Assembly (NCBI RefSeq): GCF_006345805.1
Contig: NC_042997.1
Coordinates: 59,892,001 to 59,956,000 of the forward strand
Direction of reading: 5' to 3'
Source of the DNA: Octopus sinensis
Taxonomy: Eukaryota
Length of the DNA stretch: 64,000 nt
The translations under genes were made by a program, and so were the position numbers. Positions 41,605-54,744 of this stretch are shown here, one piece after another; the stretch's first letter is position 1; the number at the start of each line of letters is the position of its first letter. The notes under the pieces were generated by a model. That model did not search any database and was not told where the DNA came from. It saw only the letters and a program-made list of their open reading frames with translations.

Positions 41605-41815
41605 AGGCGGCGATTTGGTTGAATCGTTTGCCCGTCGGGCAAAATGCTTAGCAGCATTTCGCCCGTCTGTACGTTCTGAGTTCAAATTCCGCCGTGGTCG
41701 ACTTCGCCTTTCATCCTTTCGGAGTTGATAACATAAGTACTAGTTGAACACTAGGGTCGATATAATCGACTTATTCCCCGCCACCTAAACTGCTAGCCTT
41801 ATGCCAAAATTTGAA
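41605..41815 (+). mobile_element. Meta-domain SINE copy
   Basis: GGCGGCGATTTGGTTGAATCGTT...GTTCTGAGTTCAAATTCCGCCGTGGTCGACTTCGCCTTTCATCCTTTCGG. Confidence 0.85.
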
Positions 41816-41900
41816 TCCAATATTTTTCGTAATTGAAAGAAATTGTTTTCAGATCGAATCGAAGTTAGATCCTTGCCTTTTGTTGTACAATGCTGATTAA

Positions 41901-43325
41901 CTCTTGGTCTACCAGAGAAAATGTATGTCACTAATTACCAACTGGTAATTAATTAATTAAATTTTATTCAAACTACCACTATTTCTTAGCTACATCATAT
42001 ATGCTATCAGGTGAATGATAGCATATATATTCAAGTTCTTTTGCTAGGTCTTCAACAACTCTTGAACCTTGATTTGTCTCTCTTCCTTTTACTGGGTCTT
42101 TTCCAGTGTAGATTTGCATTTTCCAGGCATAAGATGCTTCACTGTCGCATATTGCCCAAATTTTTATTCCATATTTCCCTGATTTTGAAGGAATATATAC
42201 CCGGAATGGGCAGCACTCTCTGAATGAAACTAATTGTTCCTCATGAACTTGGAACATATCCATCTTGCAAATTCTGATTTCACATTTCAAATACTTCTCT
42301 GATGGGCTCCAATTTATCATCACTTCTCTTTTTTCTTCTTGCACTAGCATCATCAAAACGCAATACTTCCCGGGCTCATAATTTTGTTGAATATTGGGTG
42401 GCAATCTTCTTGACTCCATAACTGTGTGATATTTTCATGTTTAGATTTATAAACACCTATAAAAATAATCAGTACAATAAATTTATTTAGTTCAAAGTGA
42501 TCAATTTCCTTTCATTTATCTTTGTAAACAACCTGACCTTCAAAATTTATCCATTTACGAATTATTTCAAGAAGATTCTGGCGTATAAAGGTAGTAAAAC
42601 ATGTTTCAGTGCTATCAAAAGACCTTTTAGCAAAACACGATGGTCCACATTCTTGGCGCACGATATTGCAAGATAAAGTTCTTACTGCTGCTTAAGAAGA
42701 TTAGAATGCCAAACTTCTTGTCTGTCTCTAGAAACATGCTCATTCATAATTGGGTGGCTTGCAGATAATTGTTTTTTAGTATCTTCATCATCTGATGACA
42801 CAGAACCTAAACTGTCCAGCATAAATCACTTTCGCTCTCATCTTCAGAGCAATAGAAGGAACCACAACTATCTTCTTCCCAGTCTTCATCTAATTCCAAT
42901 AACCTTTCCGATATTTGGTCTTCCCTCAAGTTTTCACATCTAGGCATAATGGAAAGCATAACTGAACTATATGAAACTTGATAGCAGGCCAAAGGCAGAT
43001 ATTGCTCTCACACATATTTATACTCTCCTGAAAGATTATACAATATATTGTAAGAATTGCGTCATCACAGAAATATTGTATCATCCTATAACCTAGGAGA
43101 TTGAAGGTGATGCAATACCATACAAATTTACTGGAATATTTTCATAATTTTTTCCTATTTTATCTAAAAATCAGCAAATAAATTGAATACAATTTTATCT
43201 ATTCTATATCTGATAAATATCTAATAAAATAATATTTGATACTGTTTTTATTCTGTTAAGAATGATAAGAGTATTGTCTGAATTTAATTTGAGGGTCTAA
43301 TGGACCCATACGGTAATTAATGTAT
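41901..43325 (-). mobile_element. Degenerate piggyBac transposon (transposase pseudogene)
   Basis: EQLVSFRECCPFRVYIPSKSGKYGIKIWAICDSEASYAWKMQIYTGK (piggyBac DEQLVxFRGRCPFRxYIPSKPxKYGIK) and an acidic N-terminus MPRCENLREDQISERLLELDEDWEEDS at ~42948; frameshifts and deletions. Ends approximate (TTAA at 41897-41900). Confidence 0.9.
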
Positions 43326-43554
43326 AAAGTGAAAGTTTCTAGCTTTTATAAACATACGGAAAATTTACCATTTGAACAAAATACTTATACTTTGTGGCTA
43401 ATGCGGCAAGCCATCTCATAGTGCATGATATAAAGCTCAGTAATCAGAAGCAGAGGCCATGAGCAATGATTAAATGATAAACTGAGATGGCAAGTGACCA
43501 CTTGTGAGAGGTGAAACATTTACAGATTGGTCTGATACTTAATTCCTGTAATAT

Positions 43555-43945
43555 TGATTTCAAACTTTAGCACAATGCCAGCAATTTTGAGGAAGGAGTA
43601 AGTCGATTACATCGACCTAGTGCTCAACTGGTACTCATTTTATCGACCCCGAAAGGATGAAAGGCAAAGTCAATCTCAGCGGAATTTGAACTCAGAAAGT
43701 AAAGACGAACGAAATGCCACTTAGCATTTTGCCCAGCATGCTAACGATTCTGCCAGCTCACCGCCTTGCTTTAATCTCTGTAACATTGATTTCGAATTTT
43801 GTCACATTTTGGGGGAGGGATAAGTCGATTATATCGACCCAGTGTTCGACTGGTACTTATTTTATCGACCCCAAAAGGATGAAAGGCAAAGCCGACCTCA
43901 GCAGCACTTGAACTCATAACTTGAAAACGGACGAAATGTCGCTGC
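43555..43945 (-). mobile_element. Two tandem Meta-domain SINE copies
   Basis: TTTATCGACCCC(G/A)AAAGGATGAAAGGCAAAG at ~43640 and ~43861. Confidence 0.85.
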
Positions 43946-45171
43946 TGTGCTTTAATGCAGTGGATTTGAAGTGCCAGAGCAATTGACGAGTCTCTACGTC
44001 AATGCTCGACCTGCTCGAAATAGCGGTCAAATTTCTTTCAATTCACATTCGTTTCATCCTAAAAATGGAAATAGTACATTTGATGTGTATTCCGAGATAC
44101 TATTTAAAAGACGAAATGATCATAGCTGGAACACATATGAGTATGGATGTGCTCGATCAGTATTGATCAGGGCTCAAGCAACAGCTCATAACATGTGCAG
44201 GTTGTTCAATAACATAACCGTCATCATTCCGCGTTTGCAATATAACATCATGCTTCAGAGATTAAAAAAACACGAAAACAAAATAACTTCCCTCATTAAC
44301 TCATACAATTTCCTCTAAACTTTTTTTACATTCTATTTAGAGAAGTTAACATTCTGTACAACACATGTGCCTTAAATATTGTCTGTTTCTGACACAAAAT
44401 TATAAACGCGTGAAACTAAATGTAACAAGAGTTTTACCATTGTTAATAAGTTGATACAATATTTCATTTAGTACATACATACAAAGTAAACAACAGAAAG
44501 AAAGAGAGAGAAGGAGTGGCAGGGAGAGAGGGAGGGAGGGAGAGAGAGGGAGAGAGAGGGAGAGAGAGGGAGAGAAAGAGAATATATATAATAGTAAAGC
44601 TATCCTCAAATAAATCAACAAAAAGTGATGATATTAACGAAGATGAAATTTGGAGCGGGCTCAGCTAACTGTAAGCTAATATTACTGTAAGATATTCATC
44701 GTTACCTACTAATAACCAATCTCGGACAATCATTATTTCTCATATAGTCGCTAACTGTCACAATTGAAACAGTCGATAATGTGTGTGTACCTAGGCATAC
44801 TTCTTAGAAGAGGGATCCTTATTGCTCTAATGCCTTTCATCAAAGGTACAAATCAATTCGGGCTGACCTGCGGCTGAACAACAAAACCTGAAACTCAAAA
44901 CTAACGAAGGAGTTTCTACATGGTTGTGCGACCTTCCAGAAATAGCAACTAAATTTCCCTCAGTTCACATATTACTCTCATGAGAATGGGAAAGAAAACA
45001 TTAGATTATATATGCCATGCCTCTAGGATATAATTCTAAAAGATAGGATGGTCATAACTCTGGTTCATTTGTAGAGCATGGGGTGCCAAAAAGTAGCAAA
45101 AATAACCAAAAAATAAAAATCTTTACAAAGCTCATACCAGATAACTACCAAGAAAGTACATTAGACACACG

Positions 45172-45202
<31 letters not shown>

Positions 45203-45984
45203 CACACACGCACACACACACACACACACAGACTCACACACACACACACGCACACACACGCACACACGCACACATTGAAGCGTTACTCGTTACCGTTTAT
45301 AACTTGGTATTAACATGAACCAAACTTCCGCTAATGGTTTTTTAATATCCATGTAATCACTTAAGAGACACAGACCCAAAGACTTGACCCTTTCTTCCCT
45401 ATACCTCTCATCAGAACGAATATTTGAAAACATACATACATACATACATACATACACACACACGCACACATATGCATACTTTATATATATATATATATAC
45501 ATATACATATACATATATATATATGTGACGTACATATATGTATATATATATATATATATAATATATATATATACCCCTAATTATTTTGCTTTCATTTTTT
45601 GTGATAGACAGGTAATGTGCAGAAAATCCCAGCTTCCAAGTCCTCTTTCCTGATTAGGTAAAATTGATTAAAGTTTAAACCTCAATAACGTTTTTCTACA
45701 ACTTTTCTGGCACAAATAAATAACACAATCGGATTTAACGTGGAAAATTATTTCAGTATACCATATTTGGAAATTATGACGTAATTTTAAAATCTCACAA
45801 TATGTGTCAGCAACAGGGAAGGCTCTACAAAAGTAGAGAGACAGACAGTTATAGGACGTGACACACACACACGCGCACACATACATACAAACGCACACAC
45901 ACACTCTCTCTCACACATACATACACATTTACAAAGGTACACATAAGTAATCACGAGTTTAAAAGGGTGTATAGTAGACATATG

Positions 45985-47186
45985 CTAGTTAGTTAGTTAG
46001 TTAATTTGGCTCAAAAGCAAATAGCAAGGCCATGTAGGGGGACATGGAGTTAAGTACAGGGTGGTGTTCATGTAAAGAGTTCAGGCCACTTGAGGTCCAG
46101 GGAGGCTTTGAACAAAGCGGTCGTCGGCATCTTCACCATCTCGTCTGGCAGCTTGTTCCACGGATCCGCAACCCGGACGGAGAAAGCTCCTCTCCTTCGA
46201 TTGAGATGAAATCGTCGCAGGTAGAGCTTTTCGGAATGACCCCGCAGCCGACGCTCCGGAGCAGGAGTGAAGAACAGCTCTTTCGAGAGGTTACACTTCC
46301 CGCTTATGATGTTGTGGGCGAGAATGAGATCACCACGGCGGCGGCGTTTTTCAAGAGAACAAAGGTCGAGCGTCCTCAGCCTTTCTTCGTAGGACAAATG
46401 TTTGAGACCATGAACCATGCGGGTAGCCAGCCTCTGGACTCTTTCGAGGTGCTGTATGTCTTTGAGGAGATAAGGAGAAGAGGCTTGAATCCCATACTCC
46501 AATATGGGTCTCACCAGCGTGACATAGAGTGGCAGGAATATGGCTGCTGTGAGCATTCCGAATGACCGTCGAATCAAAAACAAAATTCCGCGCGCTTTGT
46601 TGGCAGCATGGACGCACTGGGCCGAAGGCGAAAAGGAGGAATCCACCAAGATACCCAGGTCCTTTACCTGATCGGTCCTCTCCAGCAGCAGACGACCCGG
46701 CTCGAAATCAAGTTGAGTAGCAGGAGTAGAGCCGACAGGCAGATGACAGCACTTTGACACGTTCAGACACAGGTCCCAATCGTTAGACCACTTCCAAATT
46801 TGGTGGAGGCATCGACGAAGATCCTCTATACTACCGCGAGGAGCGACCAGTTTGATATCGTCGGCAAATAGAAGGGTGTGTTGCGTGAGGTCGTCGGGCA
46901 AGTCATTTATGAAGACTAAGAACAACAAGGGCCCAAGCACTGAACCTTGAGGCACGCCACTGCTCGCACTGGAGACGTCGGACCGCGAACCATTAACTTG
47001 AACTTGGAAGGAGCGATCTGAGAGGAAGGCACCAACCCATCGTACAATATCCGGATGGAAACTATATGCTTGAAGCTTGACAAGTAGTAGGCGGTGGTTT
47101 ACCGAGTCAAAAGCTTTGGCAAAGTCCAATAAAACGATGTCAACAGCATCACTATCATCGAGGATGCGCGTCACTAATTCTTCCAT
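45985..47186 (-). mobile_element. 5'-truncated CR1-type LINE with an uninterrupted RT C-terminal ORF (46068-47186) and (TAAC)n tail
   Basis: LDFAKAFDSVNH, GVPQGSVLGPLLFLVFINDLP, LFADDIKL, VKDLGILVD, LERVQRLATR, RGHSEKL...FSVRVADPWNKLP; 372 aa without stops; short 3' UTR then AACTAACTAACTAACT. Confidence 0.96.
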
Positions 47187-47529
47187 TTGTGTGTGTTGTA
47201 TCTATATATTTACGAAAGTATGTATGCAGCGTGGCGTGTACATAACAGCTGCAGTAACGTCACTATCCCATTACCACTGCCGTTCTCACTTTCACTGATA
47301 TAAGTCACCCTCTCTCTGTTACTACCTTTCCTTCAGACTAATACTTTTTAGAACTTTCTCATTTTGTCATATAATTCAGCCAACGCCCCTGGGGCATATT
47401 ATAGACTTTTAAGGAAATCGAATTAGCCTATTATTGAACTGGTTGCTAGTGTAACATGTACGCAAAGTTACGTGAATATTGGTTCGCTGGTTTAGGCACT
47501 AAGATGGCAACAAACAGACAGAGATTATC

Positions 47530-47560
<31 letters not shown>

Positions 47561-47706
47561 TATGTATGTATGCAAACACACACACATATATATACATACA
47601 CACGTAGATATATACATATATATATATATATGTACATACATACATACATAAATATGTATGTATGTATACACACACACATATATATATACATACATATATA
47701 CACATA

Positions 47707-47760
<54 letters not shown>

Positions 47761-47834
47761 CTGTGTGTGTATGTATTAATTGATAGTTAGATAGATAGAT
47801 ATACATATATAAAGATATACAATATAATTTCTAC

Positions 47835-47952
47835 TCTAGGCACAAGGCACAAAATTTTGGGGGAGGGGTCCAGTCGATTAGATTGACCGCAATACGCAAC
47901 TAGTACTTAATTTATCGACCCCGAAAGGATGAAAGGCAAAGTCGACTTCGGT
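47835..47952 (-). mobile_element. Meta-domain SINE 3' half
   Basis: GTACTTAATTTATCGACCCCGAAAGGATGAAAGGCAAAGTCGAC. Confidence 0.8.
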
Positions 47953-48654
47953 GGATAAAGATAAACAATATATATCCAATCATATACACACACAATACAC
48001 ATGAATGTTTAAATGTATATTCACGTGCACATGTGAGTATATATATATGTGGGTGTGTGTGTATGTGTGTGCATGTGTGTGTGTGTGTATTCAAATGAAG
48101 GAATATACTATATTGCAATACGCCTTGTGAATAACAAGCAACTTAGTTGATTGTTCTAAGTTCTGATCTCTGAAGCAGTTGGCAACGAATTTATAGCCAC
48201 AAACAACTTATTCCGAATAACTAATTTTTGCGCTGACTCATTCGAAAACATAAGGGAATTTAATGAAATACAGTTACGACTTACGGAAAGAAGCGTTTAT
48301 GAATCAATACCTAAATGTACTTCAGAATAAATATACGTAGACTAGATATACTAAACAATGTCTTAATTCATCAAAAGGATTGACAATGCCAACTCTGTAT
48401 TTATGTTCTATATGGCAAAAGGAAAACACAAGCTTGCTTTTAGTTAAGGAAACAACTGCCATTCAGTTCTCTAACCTCAGCTTTATAACTTTTCACGAAC
48501 AGATCAATTTTCAATTACGGCAACTTTCGAAACGATAGTTTCTCTTTATATAGTATTCTATAGAATAGCATTAATTCTAAATTTGGTAGGAGCTACCATG
48601 CATATAAAGTTTGAAACAGAACAGTTATATAAACTGAATGTCTATATTTGTATA

Positions 48655-49557
48655 TAAGCAGAAGGACCCGGTTTCGCTCGGGTTATAAACTCATAGCCTT
48701 AACACAGTACTCTTTGCTTGTAGTGTAATTTGGCACATTCCTTCTAGGCATGGTTAGATAAATATTACGTAAAAGACCCGTTCGTATCTCGGTATGAAAT
48801 GATTTTTTTACCAGAAGATTTTTTCGAGTGTATTCAACATATTTGGCCTCCAAACCTGCAGCAAACCACTTTTTTCCGGAAAAGAAGGTGGGGGTGGGGG
48901 CGGAGTTACCCACCAACGGAGTTTTGTTTCGCGGGTTTTTGTTTTTCTTTTCAGGTTATTTCTCATACTTTCAACGAATGTGACATCGAAATCGTGCGTA
49001 AACGGCTCATTTCTCCATAAAAGGAAATATCCAAATACACCAGTGCAGCGTTTTTGTTTGACCCTTCAGCCTTTCTAATATTTTGATTATTTGTTGGTGT
49101 ACACAAATACACCGATACAGAAGACTGTAAACAATGAAAGTAGCTGTAGTACTTTTTTTGTACCAGACATCGTAACAACGGTAAATGCTAGACAGAATGG
49201 TTGACAGAATGAAGAGAGAATGATAGAAATGTGACATTGTCGTCGTTGTATAAAACGTCCTTTACTATCTCGTACGTAACGAACTGGCAAACACACACAT
49301 ACTCACTGACACATACACATTCTTATACAAAATGTGACGTTGTCGCCATCGTGGTATAAAATGTCCATTACTATAGTCGACTATAGAAAGATTATTTTCG
49401 AGAAAATGTTATATTGTTTCAATCCATATGAAAATAAAAATTACATGTTGACACTCGTGGGGTATAATACTATTGTAAAATTTTATTTGATTTGGTGTAG
49501 CCGTATGAGACTGCATAGGGAACAGACTGACATACAAAGAATTTTATATATATTGAT
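48655..49557 (-). mobile_element. Non-autonomous Helitron-like element
   Basis: Minus-strand 5' end TCAATATATATAAAATTCTTTGTATGTCAGTCTGTTCCC (shared with 29969); 3' hairpin ACCCGAGCGAAACCGGGT near 48666-48683 followed by a decayed CTAG. Confidence 0.65.
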
Positions 49558-52500
49558 TTGTTTTGAGTGGCGTTACTCGCGCTAAAGTAGAACATTTCTA
49601 ACTTGTTAAATTGAATGATGAGTCAAACATCTCTACGTACACAACCACACGTTTGTAGAAGCTGTTCATGTCCATGAACATATTTACGTAATGATCTTAA
49701 ATCTCTGCACAGACCCTCCATATTTTCGTTGTGCTTCAAATTTCACGCTACCGTCTTCAAAATATGTTATTTATTAGTTTATGACCTCATAAAGTTGAAT
49801 TTGTTTATCTCTAGATCAATAGTGATTAAGCAGACCTATGGTTAAAGGTATTCCAGCCGTGACTATCTCATTTTGGTTTCAGGAATTTAATACTTCGGAC
49901 AACATTATAGAAATGTATCCCTTTGGAAGACGGTCGAGTATTGATAAAAGATATGTGAAAATGTGGGGAATAATAACAGATATGTATACATCTAAAAGAA
50001 ATTGAAATAAAGGAAAATCATGTGGAATAAAAGAAGCAAGAATGTAAACATATCGTTATGTATTGAATTGTTGGAGACACACTGAAAACGCAACGTCCAT
50101 ACAATCTGTTTTAGTCTTGTCTGACGGAGAGAACAAATAAAAATCTAAAGGAGGATTTAATACAGTCTGTTTACGAAACAATCGTTAGCTCTGCTTCTGC
50201 TTCTAATAAAAAAGAAATGTATTAGCATACGGCATCAATATACCATTGACATTAAATATATTTCTTTATAATACACCCTAGAAGTAGTGTTGGCAATTCG
50301 ATTAGGTGAGACTCCAAAGAAAAACTTTGAAATATACTGATTCAGAGTTCGATAGGCAGTACTTACGGGTAAGCTTAGTGATGTTCAATGTTCATTTGAA
50401 TATGATGGAAGGTTAAGCAGAAGTGAAGAAGCATATTTTATAGAGTGAAATGACGTAGGGACTAACATTTCAAGTGGAGTATTTCATTGAAGAAATAATG
50501 AAGTGGAGATGTACTTTAGCATAATCATCTGATATGTAATATGACAGCGAAAACATGGTGGTGTAAGACCAAGAAATAATGTCATAAACATCCACAGAAT
50601 AAAAAGGGAAAATCATCATATGTCTAAAAAGTACTTCAACATGTCCAGCATTCCCATCATTCAATCCAGGTGGCTATCATAACAAGAAGTTTGCCTTTTT
50701 TGATGAGTTTTGTTTAACTAAACACAACTAAACGCTCAATTGAAATAATTCGTAGCTATTCGCTTAAATACAGTTGTCTGACGTGTATATTTTTATCATT
50801 TTGGTTCATCTCATTTACGACTGCTTCAATATGCCAACTAATACATTATGATACACCGCCACATTAAATAGGATCAAAGATAATTATCTAGTAAATATGT
50901 CAAAACTGTAATCTGAACGCCAGCTCTTAAATATCTGATATACAGCATAGGGATGCTTATTATGTAACTAGACAAAGTAAGATGAGACGTAGGGAAATGA
51001 ATCAATGAGGAAGCTTCTACGAGACTGTCGTTCTACTAGAAAGAGCACTCAACTTTCTTTTAAACCCCGCCTTGCTGTTTTAAATAATAATAAAAAAAAC
51101 AGCAAAGCATTGAGCAATGTAGATGCTTATATACAAGAAGACAGAATCATCACAACTGGAATACATTTGATCACAGACCTACTCGATCAGGGTTGACCCA
51201 GAATTAATCAAAAACAATAATAACTACAAGAAATAGAAATTAAGAATTTTGACACAAATCTAGAAACTGATTGCATTGGTAGCTCATTCTCTTATGACAT
51301 AAATTCCTGTTTTGTGACATATGATCTAAACTGTGTTATGTTGTAACAAATTCTTAGTCTATCACCAACGGCAAATGTGTTCTTAAGATGCAGTCATTAA
51401 CTTTAAGCACAGAATTGAGATACTGAAAAAAGAAAAGGGTATGTGACACATCTAGTTTTACGTATGCATTAATATCTGATTACGTTGAAATTATTAAACA
51501 GGGTTATGATTAGTCATATTTACGATCTCTGAAATGTTTATTTGCTTTTCAAATATGAACTGCAGCTGCAAGACGTAACCTTATGTATTAATAGTATGCT
51601 TAACACAACATAATTTACATATAATAAGACATTTATCATACACAAATCCCGTTTACTGAAGAAACAAATTTTTGTGTGTATAAATGTATTTATATATGTG
51701 GACCTTTAAAAATTATGTAACCATACTGTTCCTTTAACAATATCATTCCCACTTTTATTTTTACTGTTTTGTGCAATTGTTTATATTAGCTTAAATAAAT
51801 TTAGCAAGAGCTGATTGTAAATACTGATTACACACTTATATAAATTATGTTGATATGTTTTATATTTATTAAATAATAAATCATCTTACTCCTTAGACCA
51901 TTGCAAAGTAATTTATAAGGGGTTTTGACAAACTACTTAAAACAATTGCTTATCGTTATTTCTTTTTGACTTTTACTAAGTTTCTTGTCATAAATAATCT
52001 GTAAAATCTATGTAAAAAATTATTATCGACTCTTCTAGATCGAAGCTTCTAATCTATGTCACGAATTGCATCCAATGGCCCTTGCCAATAGCTACTATCA
52101 GTAATATATATTGAGTTTTAATACTAACATCGCATTTTGAAGGAAGATGTGAAATTGTTCATGATGAGTATATACTATATTGATCTCCGAGGAATGAAAG
52201 TCAAAGTTACCCCTGATCTGATTTGAATTCAGAACGTAAAGAAGCGCAACGTAATCCCAGTAGTTATTAAATCTACCGTTTCAAAAACAAATATTCTAAA
52301 CATAATTTCTATGAGAAAATGGGCGAAAGGCGATAATGAGAATCTTTTAAAATTCTACGTTCTCGAGGGCTGGAAAATCCGTTAGGTTTGTAAAGCTGAT
52401 ATAGAATATCAAAATTTGGAGTTAAGGAAGATATTCTGAACAAAGAATTTGCGACTTATGATTGATGTGGGTTTTTCTATTAGTTTAAAACTAACGAGAT

Positions 52501-52749
52501 GTTACGAAGTGCTGAAGGTTGTTTTAGGTGTTTTCCTTTTAACACAACAAGAAACTTCATAACATCAGAATTGGGCCGGCTTTGAGAGTTATTATTGAAG
52601 AAGTTGGCATATTATTGAGGAACAGTGGATTGCCAGATGTCGAACAAAATGCTTTGCAGTATTTGTTGCGATTCCTTTCAGTTCTGTATTTAAGAGATGA
52701 GGAATTATGTACATTATTTACATTTTTGTTCTCATCTTGTTTGTTGTTA

Positions 52750-52793
52750 ACACAACGTTTCGGCTGATATACCCTCCAGTCTTCTTCAGGAGT
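52750..52793 (-). ncRNA. Type I minimal hammerhead (left arm)
   Basis: ACTC-CTGAAGA-A-GACTG-loop-CAGCC-GAAA-CG-TT-GTGT; palindromic AACGTT stem III. Confidence 0.75.
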
Positions 52794-53517
52794 CTTGGGG
52801 GACATTTCGAACCTGGGTTCTCATTCTTCATAATTGGAGTGTATACTATCCACTCCAATTATGAAGAAGAGAGAGGATGAGGCCAATAAACTGTCCACAG
52901 TCTGTCTACCCTATGTGAAAGGCCTTTCGGAAAAGATACAAAAGATATGCGGCCCATATGACATCAGGACAATATTCACGAGTAATACAACACTTCGCAA
53001 ATATCTCCTTCGAGTAAAACCACCAATAGAAGAGAATATGACCAAAGACTGCGTGTACTCCATCCCATGCAGCAGTAGTAGGTTATACAAAGGCGAAACA
53101 TGCTGCCCCCTCAAAATAAGGGTAGACAAGCATCGCAAAGCTGTGACACAAGGAGATATTGATAAATTGGGTATAGCTGATCATGTACAGAAAAATGGAG
53201 ACCACATCCCCCTGTGGGATGAAGTTAAAATAATAGACAGAGAACACCACTGGAAAATACGAAAACAAAGAGAAGCAGTACATATGCTAGGACACAACAA
53301 CCTCCTAAGCAGACCGAATGCAGATATGAGCAGCATATGCGAACCGGTATTAAGGAAGGATAGAAAAATATTAGATTTATAAGCTCTAAAATTCACTCGA
53401 TAATTGCCCACGGGCATATAGCGTAGTGGTTAAGAGCGCAGGCTATTACTACTACTACTACTAATAACATCGAAAAATACCTCAGGAATGAGAACCCAGG
53501 TTTGAAATTTCCCCAAG

Positions 53518-53561
53518 ACACCTGAAGAAGGCTGGAGGGTATATCAGTAGAAACGTTGTGT
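53518..53561 (+). ncRNA. Type I minimal hammerhead (right arm)
   Basis: ACAC-CTGAAGA-A-GGCTG-loop-CAGTA-GAAA-CG-TT-GTGT. Confidence 0.75.
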
Positions 53562-54049
53562 TAACAACAAACAAGAGGACAAATACCTGTCGAATGTAAA
53601 TAATGCGATTCTTTTCGTTATGAATTCAAATCACGCTGAAATAAACTTTGCATCTCAATCTTCCGGAGTCCATATAAAAGAATACCAGTCAAATATTGGA
53701 ATCTAATCACTTTCATCTCACCAAATCTGTTGACCTTTTCCTAACTTTGAAAATATCGAGAGAGAGTTTCCTGATGGTATTCGCCAATGCATTTGCCGAA
53801 ACAGTGTTAAGTTTTATTCTTATATATTCGGGCGTTCAGAATATCTGAAATAGCTTCGGGGTGAAGTATCCATTAACATTGAAGCTCAATTTGTTATATG
53901 CAACCAATTGTGGGTATATAAGAGAACCTCCATTAATTCTATGCATTCTGTACGTACACACGTATGTATGTATGTATGTATGTATGTATGTATGTATGTA
54001 TGTATGTATGTATGTATGTATGTATGTATGTATTATGTATGTATGTATG

Positions 54050-54620
54050 TACGGCCCCTAACAAATGCAAAACTATACTCAATACATACGATACCAACAG
54101 TAAAAAATGCAGACGACCTAATTGTGGTACATGCCCATACCTAACTGAAGGCTCGGAAACCACATTCCAGCAAGGAGAAAAATTCTCAATTAAGATCAAC
54201 TTCACGTGTGCTTCTCAGAACCTTATCTATGTCCTAACCTGCTTATAAATGAGAGAACATATTGACAGATGCGCAAGAGATAAAACGCCGAATTTCCGTG
54301 TCTTTCCACTATGCCAATGCAAAGATTCAATCTCCTTACAAGAACGCCTAAACAAGGAAAACCTGTTCATACAAAAGTACAGACCACACCTTAATATACA
54401 AATTTGACCACTTCAAAAATTATACTGAGGAATTAGTTATCCCCCTTGCCACCTGTTACCTCCTTTCGTCCACTCTCTAGACTCATCCCTCTTTTCCAAG
54501 CATACAAAATGATAAGAGCCCTTTGTCACAAGAATTGATTACTTCACAATGTCTTTGAAGAGCTAATTTAAATAGCGAAAACCAGTTGAATATCACTACA
54601 TCCATAAAATAAGTATACAT
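54050..54620 (+). mobile_element. Penelope-like (Neptune-type) endonuclease fragment with downstream degenerate hammerhead
   Basis: KCRRPNCGTCPYL...FTCASQNLIYVLTC [deletion] EHIDRCARDKTPNFRVFPLCQC...RLNKENLFIQKYRPHLN*. Motif TTGAAGA-GCTA-ATTTAAA-TAGC-GAAA-ACCAGTT at 54555-54587. Confidence 0.85.
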
Positions 54621-54744
54621 TTAAAAAAAATTTCTTTATAAAAAGATACTAAACTATGTGAAACGAAGGCATTTCTCTTCCACTTTTATATAAAACTAAA
54701 GCAAAAAGGGCAAACGTCAAACAAGAATGAATTATGTATCTACC

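Larger units (their letters stand above)
52700..53605 (+). mobile_element. Penelope-like (Poseidon-type) element: GIY-YIG ORF flanked by inverted hammerhead-bearing pseudo-LTRs
   Basis: ORF 52834-53382: LPYVKGLSEKIQKI...DCVYSIPCS...YKGET...LKIRVDKH...GIADH...WDEVKIIDRE...REAVH. Arms ~52705-52826 (-) and ~53485-53605 (+) are inverted copies. Confidence 0.92.

Noticed and set aside
46044-46565. 173-aa plus-strand ORF
   Set aside because: Antisense shadow of the GC-rich LINE RT.
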